DNA of 64,000 bases from Octopus vulgaris (lineage: Eukaryota), in the NCBI GenBank assembly GCA_951406725.2, contig OX597834.1:9548001-9612000 (forward strand). The letters are read 5' to 3'. The notes under the pieces were generated by a model. The model was given only the letters and a program-made list of their open reading frames with translations, was not told where the DNA came from and made no database searches. This document shows, in pieces, positions 55,866-64,000 of this stretch. The translations under genes were made by a program, and so were the position numbers. How positions within the stretch are numbered: position 1 is the stretch's first letter; each line of letters starts with the position of its first letter.

Positions 55866-55960
55866 GGGCCGAGCTGGCAGAAACGTTAGCCCGCCGGGTG
55901 AAATGCGTAGCCGTATTTCGTCTGCCGTTACGTTCTGAGTTCAAATTCCGACTTTGTCTT
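55866..55960 (+). mobile_element. SINE family B, 5' fragment
   Basis: CGAGCTGGCAGAAACGTTAGC...GAGTTCAAATTCCG. Confidence 0.85.
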
Positions 55961-56199
55961 TCTTCTTCTTCTTCCAATCAGGACTACCGCATTAGCCACA
56001 AAGAATAATCTCTAATTCAAGCTACTAAAATGCATGTGGCAAGTTGAAGATCCACCCACCACACGCGATAGATTGGCGATTGCACGGTTACAAAGGCTAC
56101 GTTGTTATTCTCATTCCGTAAACGATAGCTTTTAACGGGTGACGAGCTGAACCATCATTGGGTACAGAGGATTCACAATCTAGACCAGGGTCTGAAAGT

Positions 56200-56407
56200 A
56201 TTATCACACCATAGTGGCAAAAGTAGGAATAAAGAGTGAGGGAAAGTTGTGGTGAAAGAGCACATCTGGGTTCACCACCAACCCCCGCCTCGTGGAGCAA
56301 AGGTGCTTTTGCTCAATAAATACTAACAATGCCCGGTCTGGGAATCGAAACCGCGATCTTACGACCGCGAGTCCGCTGCCCTAACCACTGGGCCATTGTG
56401 CCTCCAC
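56200..56407 (-). mobile_element. SINE family C, 5' part
   Basis: GACCGCGAGTCCGCTGCCCTAACCACTGGGCCATTG.GCCTCCAC matches 24516-24559. Confidence 0.88.
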
Positions 56408-57069
56408 AGCTCGTTGTTGTTGTCATCGTCCTCGTGATTGCTGTTACATTCTGGATTGGACTTGTTGGGGTAAAATTTCAACAATGAATATGCTATAACG
56501 TTTTATTCTATAAACCACAAATCACTGAGTACCTATAAAGTAGCATACTGTGATTCTAAGAATATTTAGCTGCCATTGCTAGCCGTACAAGTAACCACGT
56601 ACTATTCTCTCACGTCAGCACGTAATGTTGAGCGCAATAAAAGAAGGTTGTGAAATCATTGGAGAATTTATTAGCATTGATTCGTCTTTCAACATCTAAG
56701 ACTTCAATGAAGAAATATTAATGTCGGCAATCCTAAAAGATTTCTTTCATTTATTTATCGATTCTATTCTCATTGTTGTTGGAATCATGATAGCAAGGTG
56801 GAGGTATCCGTTACTACTACAATGAAAATCTCGTACGATGTTTCGGAGGGTCCCCTTTAATTTATGTGTCAACATCATACTAATGCAGCCGTCAATTCCT
56901 GCTATATTTACTAGTTCTATAACATAAAGACGAATGAACTAGCGGGATCGCAATTATTAGGAATAACGCTAATTTGAACAATTGTGTTAGACGCTATTAG
57001 AATAAATTATATTACATATGAGAAGATTATATGTCTGTATGTGCCCGTGTGCATCTATATTTGTGTGTG

Positions 57070-57460
57070 TGTGGCTGTGTGGTAAGTAGCTTGTTTACCA
57101 ACCACATGTTTCCGGGTTCAGTCCAACTGCGTGGCACCTTGGGCAAGTGTCTTCTACTATAGCCTCGGGCCGACCAAAGCCTTGTGAGTGGATTTGGTAG
57201 ACGGAAACTGAAAAGAAGCCCGTCGTATATATGTATATATATATGTGCGTGTGTATGTTTGTGTGTCTCTGTTTGTCCCCCTAGCATTGCTTGACAAGCG
57301 ATGCTAGTGTGTTTACGTCCCCGTTACTTAGCGGTTCGGCAAAAGAGACCGATAGAATAATTACTGGGCTTACAAAAGAACAAGTCCCGGGGTCGAGTTG
57401 CTCGATTAAAGGCGGTGCTCCAGCAGGGCCGCAGTCAAATGACTGAAACAAGTAAAAGAG
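57070..57460 (+). mobile_element. SINE family A
   Basis: Colinear with 19690-20104, missing only the first few bases. Confidence 0.93.
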
Positions 57461-58389
57461 TATATATGTATACATATATGTATGTATTTATTTATTTATA
57501 TTTGTGTGTGTTTAATTTAAGTTCTTGAAAGAGCTGTGACCGGCTTCGAACAAAGCAACAAAACTATTTGATTTAAGAGACTCCCCGCTGTTTGCAAATA
57601 TGTAGTTGAGTTACTGTGTTCGTTGAACTGTCGATGCATACAGCAAATTTGGTCCATTTATTCGTATGAGAAACTGACTTTTGAGAATTTGGGGAACGTT
57701 TATGTATGCATGTGTGGAAGGTTGTGAGTGACTGTTTCCGTATGTATGTGTGTTTGTGTGTGTGTAGATTTGGTAAACAAATAGAATAAATAAAACTTAA
57801 TAAAGAGTATATATATTTTAATATTTTTAATCGACAGAAGTTATAATTGAGTGAAGTGACGTGTCTCTGATTCATTAATCGGCTGAGAGCTATAGTACAA
57901 AATATTGCCAAGAATACCATACACTGAGATTGAACATAGAACCAGTTGGTTGGGGAACAAACTTCTCATCACACGGCTATGTTTAAAAACATTTGTTTGT
58001 ATACATATAAACCAACAAACACGATTTATGTAATTCTGTGTTCGATTGGCAGATCTCGATTTTACGCTTAATCGCTCTACCCCCTCCCATACTTTCTTCA
58101 AATAATACCATTTCCTCTCAATTTTTCTATTCAAGGTAAGCTGATAGAGAGCGTAAGATTTATAATAAATCGTGTTACAAAGATGACTGTATTACATGTG
58201 CTGTGTATATAACATATATATACACACACATATATATACATACATATATAATAATGATAATAATATTAGGGAGTATAACTCCAAACTTACAGGGAAAAAT
58301 TCAATTTAGTGTTAAATCAAATTTCACAGTATAAATATAATATATTATGCTTGAGTTGCATAATAGTGGTTTTATCTCTAATTCATATT

Positions 58390-58456
58390 TTATACATATT
58401 TATATATATATATATATACACACATTTATACACACACACACACACACATATATATG

Positions 58457-58494
<38 letters not shown>

Positions 58495-58505
58495 CACACA
58501 TTTAT

Positions 58506-58538
<33 letters not shown>

Positions 58539-58625
58539 CACTCATTTATACACACACACATATATATATATATATATACACATTTATACACACACACATA
58601 TATATATATATACACACACATTTAT

Positions 58626-58658
<33 letters not shown>

Positions 58659-58660
58659 AC
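58390..58660. repeat. Compound TA/CA minisatellite with CATTTATACACAC anchors
   Basis: Anchor recurs five times. Confidence 0.88.
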
Positions 58661-61062
58661 CACGCAAACATTTGCCAATAGCGTTATTAATGGCAGTAGG
58701 GGTAATTGTTATTATTATTATTTATAGCAAAATGGACGAGACGTATAGTGACCTACATCTGTGCTTACTGTAGTTGCCACCATAACAGTTTTAGGAGCAT
58801 ACACACACACTCACGTGCACACACACGTGCACACGCAATTATGTATACACACACACACACACACATATAGATATATATACATATATATGCACACACATGC
58901 ACACAGAACCCAGAGTCTCCATCTCTCTTCAATCCTATATGATTTCTAATCAGATCGCTCACGACTTCCATTACTGGAGAGAGGTCATTGTAATTTCATC
59001 CACTCGCCGTTTGTCTTCTGTTATACACACTTTTCAGTAATACATACAGAATACAAAATATCTGGCAAATATCACTCAAGAGAATTTTAAACCACTAGCC
59101 ACCAATGATTTGCTGATTAGGTCGACCATTCTCAAGAGCTGAAATTAAATTCATTGTGATTTATAATCTAAATGGTGCATTCCACTTTTAAACTTATTCA
59201 GCTGATTCAAACTAGACATGTAAACGAGTCTAGCGTTTCTCCTCCAATGCTATGTATCTCGTACTTTCACTCAGTTCCTTTTGTTTTCTACCGTACAATA
59301 ATGACTAACTCAGTTAAATTCCTTTATCTTTCCTTTCGCTTGTATTATTTAAGAAGCATCTTCGTTGTTCAGTGAAATACTTCAAGCAATGCTTAACATG
59401 AATGAATGATAGTATATTATACACTGTGTCTATAATAGCGTCCTTGTGAATTACATTTGTGGCGAATTCATGTCTTTCAGCAGCACGTATTGCGTCAAGT
59501 TTCTCTTGTCTTCGATTAGTATTACTTGAATGAAGTCTAATATATGTGCTTGTATGTATCGAAGTGAGAATAAGTTCGTATTCGTTTGGAGGCGTGTATC
59601 TGTAATCGTATATGCCTGTGTGTATGTTAGAAAAAGAGAGTGAGAGACAGAGACAAACAGAGACAGAGTTATATGTAGAGACAAAAGTTCTATAAACCTA
59701 CTAAAGCAATTACACAGTACATGCAAACTTAGTTACTATGACGGATCTAGATCAAACTTGTGACCAACATTTTGCACATAAATTCAAATATTTAAGCAAA
59801 CGAAGGCGATTGGAATATGGGATTTTATTTGGCATTTGACCTGCAAGGAAAGGCAGTCAAATACTCTAATATTACACCGTAATCTTTTTAAAAAAAGATA
59901 ACCTTTTGATAATGTAGAACTGGTTCCACTGAAGCTGAAATCAATACGGTATTGTCAAGACTGGAACGTCTTTGATGATAGTTTTGTCTCCTCAGAGTTG
60001 AGTTGAAAAAACTGAAAAACAAATAGCAAACAATACTTGAAGCAGTCTTATGGAATATGCTGCAACACACAATCCATTATCGACGAAACTCTTTTGAGGT
60101 TGTGCTCCAGAATGGCCGCAGTCCGATGTCTGAATTCAATAAAAAACATTTCTGCTTTGATATCTGAAATACAATCTTTAGTGGATATTCAATTGTAATC
60201 AACACTTTCGTATTTTTCACCCCCCCCCCCACCTCTTATTTCGGTTGTTAAACAATTTCGTTTTGTCTTTATCTTCATGCAACCGCACCTTCTTATAGTT
60301 ATTGTTTTTATGGTTTAACCCCAGGTCAGTTCTTGATTGAGTTTACATTATGATTAAAGGCATATCTCAGTTATAATCATCCTACATTTTGTCTGATTAA
60401 AGCGAAATTCTGTTTCTTCGTTTTTGGATTCTATTTCTTTATTTTATTCTTATTATTCTTTTTGTTTTGTACTTGAAATTATTTCCGATTTAGATGCGTA
60501 TCGTTTGATGCAACGAAATCGCATTTGGGATTTCAAACGAAATCTGCATTTTTTGTGAACATTATCAGGAATTATTAACATTATCATAGTTATTATCATT
60601 GAGTAACAACATCTGCATTAGCATTGCCATCTGCATTAACATCCTTCAAATCCTCTTCATGAAAAAAGGATTACTGGATGTAGCCATTACCATATTGTCA
60701 AAACGTTTGCACTGCCCACTTTTTCTTTGGCAGACCCTAAAAAATTACCTACGCTGAATATGTTACAAAAGCACAATTAATCTCTCGCTGTGCTCACGTG
60801 AGGATAAGATTTCGAATTCAAACTGTAGCTGCTACAATTCAGTTAGATTAGCCGTCCCCTTTTTATTCTTTTACTTATCTCAGAAATTCCACTGCGCCCA
60901 TGATGGAGCAACGCCATTAGTCGAATAAATCGACCCCAGAACTTATTCGTTGTAAGCCTAGTACTTACTTATTCTGTCGGTATCTTTTGCGGAACCGTTA
61001 AGTTACAGCGCCGTAAACACACCAACATCGGTTGTCAAGCGATTGTGGGGGGATAAACACAG

Positions 61063-61130
<68 letters not shown>

Positions 61131-61135
<5 letters not shown>

Positions 61136-61345
61136 TAATCCAAATATGAAAACACAAAGAGAAAACACAACAACGCGAGGACGTGGAACAAATATAGTGT
61201 TATTGGACACTCAGGAAAGGAAAGGAAGAAGGAGGATTTAACGTTTCGAGCGGAGCTCTTCTTCAGAAACATAGGAAAAGGAAAGATCCAGAGAAGGGAA
61301 GACGGAGGGAAAAAAATCCCCAACGGTACACACACGGTTACATTT
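61131..61345 (-). mobile_element. ~215 bp PLE-like/retrozyme-like insert
   Basis: Interrupts a SINE at the edge of (TA)n; homologous to 53935-54080; carries the HHR below. Confidence 0.75.
61236..61270 (-). ncRNA. Minimal type I hammerhead ribozyme motif
   Basis: Minus strand GUUU-CUGAAGA-A-GAGC(UCC)GCUC-GAAA-CGU-U-AAAU: intact core with one extra A after A9, palindromic ACGU in place of helix III, GUU triplet. Confidence 0.75.
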
Positions 61346-62184
61346 TACGACAAGCTTCTTTCAGTTTCCGTCTACCAAACCCACTCCGAAGGCTTTGGTA
61401 GGACCGAGGCTATAGTAGTAGACACTTTCCCAAGGTGCAACTTAGTGGGACTGAACTCGGAACAATGCTGTTGCGAAGGAAGCTTCTCACCACACAGTTA
61501 CGCCTGCCATATTTCAAAGGAATTGTAAATACCTTGTCTCAATATCGTCATCTTTAAATTAAATGAAATCGACTTACGCCCACCATCGAAATTTTTGGAT
61601 TCGTGTCAAACGTTTAAACCAAGGTTATGCATAGTTGTGACATAGCGTAGCAAGGCTGGACGTTTCAATTACATTCCATTTCCATCCCATAGTATTCCTT
61701 TCTGTTTCTGTCCAATTTGTCTGTCAAGCTTTGAAGTGATCTCAGGTTATAATCCTAGATCACTTCAAACCTGTATATTAGTGTAATTATTGTAAAAGTA
61801 TCTGCCCAAATTGACAGGTATGAGATCGAATCCGGTACCTTGTTGCAGCGGAGGAGACGTCCCGAAAATATGGCCATGCAGTGGCGTTGTTTCTACGATT
61901 AATTTTAAGGTTGCAGCTTTATTAAACATTGTGATGAGGCTGAACCTGTAATTCATGAGTTGACTGTTTCTGACGAACACATTCGGTGTTTGTCGGATTC
62001 TCAGCTACTCACATGGTTTTCAAACCAGTAAAAAGATTTGCCGAGGGAAAATTTGCTCGTGGCATGCGGCAGAGATTCATTTGTTAAAATAAATGAGATG
62101 AATCATAGAGGCAACAGGGAAGATGGTTGTGGGCATTTAGCTCATGATAGAAATCACACCACTTGAGAACCTGTGAAGAGAAGA

Positions 62185-62350
62185 CGCTAGTCGGTACCAT
62201 CGACTCTAAGACTTGACTCGTATAGTATTTTATCAAACCTGGAGGGTTCGAAGTCAAACTTAAACTCACCGGGATTTGAACTCAAAGGGAACAAAGAGAC
62301 GTGGCAATGAAATTTAATCTGATGATCTAAATTTTCTGTCAGCGCACTGC
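62185..62350 (-). mobile_element. Degraded SINE family B-like copy
   Basis: CATCGACTCTAAGACTTGACTCGTA...TTTTATCAAACC...GGATTTGAACTCA. Confidence 0.5.
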
Positions 62351-63549
62351 TGCTCTAACACTGTTAAATATCACCGCTGAAATGCATTCAAATGGAATGA
62401 TCCCCTTGTTGTCATCACCGTCGTAGTTGGTGTTGTTATTGTTGATTAGTTTGATGTCAATTTAGATAACCCAGACCCGTGATCAAAAGCATACAAACAC
62501 TGACCTTCCGTATTTTAGGAATATGTATGACTTGATACCAAATGTTTTGTTTTCTTTTATGTAACAGAAAAGTGTGAATTTTGAAGAGATCTGGCTGGCT
62601 TTTCTAGCTTCTGCTCGAACGAATCACACTTTAGGCGAAACAACAAAAACAATATTCCGAATACTTGAACTGAAGACCTTAGTGTCGGTAATCGAACATC
62701 GTATCAGTGGAAACACCAGAAGCTATTAACAAGCCAACAGAGCTAATGCTCCCAATTACAGATACTTGTTATCACATGAACACCGAAGTAGAAAATACAA
62801 ATATTTGATGTTTGACTATTTATTTCACACACATATGGATGAAATGGTTTATCAGATTGTTTAGCAGGCAAGATAAAACTTAAAATTAATTAAACAGGAT
62901 AATTAGTTGCATATGACTGATTTCGGTTGCATTCGCTGTGGAAAGTGTAAGATATAATTAGATTGATTAATTAATTAATAATTCATCAGTTGCTGAAATA
63001 TGGAGGAAATATACATTTGAAAACAACTACAAGCCACATGCAATGCATTACTTAGTCATTGCTGTGCATTCTGGTTTCGAATCCAGGTTTAATCTGTTTT
63101 AAAATTATATATTTCATAACATATAATACTTTCTAACATGCAAACCATTCGCCCGATGTTTTGTTTTTACTCATGGACGAACACTCCGGGGTATTTATCT
63201 TACAATACACATCTAAAAGTGGAGAAATGTATTCAGTATTTGATTACAAGCAAGGTCACACAGACAGAATGTAAGGCAAATACACTCATACTGATTTTAA
63301 CCACGTGTGTGAGTGAATGGGAGAGCATGCAATAGAACCTTGAATGCTTCACAGCCACTAGTGGAATCATCTTTGGCTGGGCATCTTCAGGTTGGAAATG
63401 AAGGTTGAAGATTCCAGATGCGACATGAGGACGCTGAACAGTATTGAAACATAACAGCTGTGCGCTAAGAATTAAGGATCGAATTATCATGACGTAGCGA
63501 TAATACTCGTATATATATATACACATACATTATATGTATAAATACAGTC

Positions 63550-63583
<34 letters not shown>

Positions 63584-63585
<2 letters not shown>

Positions 63586-63977
63586 AGCTGTGGGGTAAGT
63601 AGCTTGCTTAACAACCACATGGTTTCGGGTTCAGTCCCACTGCGTGGCACCTTGGGCAAGTGTCTTCTACTATAGCCTCGGGCCGACCAAAGCCTTGGGA
63701 GTGGATTTGGTAGACGGAAACTGAAAGAAGCCCGTCGTATATATGTATATGTATATATACGTGTGTGTTTGTGTGTCTGTGTTTGCACCCCCCCCCCAAC
63801 ATCGCTTGACAACCGATGCTGGTGTGTTTATATGTCCCTGTAACTTAGCGGTTTGGCAAAAGAGACCGATAGAATACATACTAGGCTGACAAAGAATATG
63901 TCCTGGGGTCGATTTGGTCGACTAAAGGCGGTGCTCCAGGATGGCCGCTGTCAAATGACTGAAACAAGTAAAAGAGT
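63584..63977 (+). mobile_element. SINE family A
   Basis: Colinear with 19690-20104 through GAAACAAGTAAAAGAG. Confidence 0.93.
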
Positions 63978-64000
63978 ATATGTATTCTCATGTACATCGA

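Larger units (their letters stand above)
60859..61506 (-). mobile_element. SINE family A, split by a hammerhead-bearing insert in its internal (TA)n
   Basis: 3' half 60859-61130, 5' half resumes at TACGACAAGCTTCTTTCAGTTTCCGTC (about 61346). Confidence 0.85.

Noticed and set aside
56832-56865. Minus-strand GGA-CCC-TCC-GAAAC-ATC-GTA, like a hammerhead 3' half
   Set aside because: No CUGANGA and no helix I.
61969-61997. Hairpin TCTGACGAACAC-ATTCG-GTGTTTGTCGGA containing CTGACGA
   Set aside because: No GAAA strand; too short for a pre-miRNA; isolated.
62007-62090. Possible minus-strand exon ending in a GTGAGT donor
   Set aside because: No clear acceptor, no recognisable peptide, adjacent to decayed SINE sequence.

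Overview
AT-rich, microsatellite-saturated eukaryotic non-coding DNA (intron or intergenic). The repeat repertoire looks like an octopus/coleoid cephalopod genome; this is recognition from memory, not a database result. I find no intact protein-coding gene: the ORF track is almost entirely (TA)n/(CA)n/(ATT)n translation or SINE read-through. The window holds four tRNA-headed SINE families (about 30 copies or fragments), 3' ends of a CR1-type and an RTE-type LINE, two non-autonomous Helitrons, one Helentron/DINE-1-like element, two ~1.5-1.7 kb segments bounded by 230-270 bp inverted repeats, and several mini/microsatellites. The main hidden signal is a set of small inserts carrying minimal type I hammerhead ribozyme (HHR) motifs: five near-complete motifs from apparently different families plus several decayed ones. 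Most sit in or next to (TA)n tracts, all have a palindromic helix III that probably needs dimerisation, and three replace the canonical G10.1-C11.1 pair with an N.A mismatch. One lies in a 306 bp insert between 42-44 bp direct repeats, another in a perfect 69 bp palindrome. This resembles Penelope-like element (PLE) pLTR relics or retrozymes. Coordinates of decayed repeats are approximate, identities were judged by eye, and ribozyme activity is untested.
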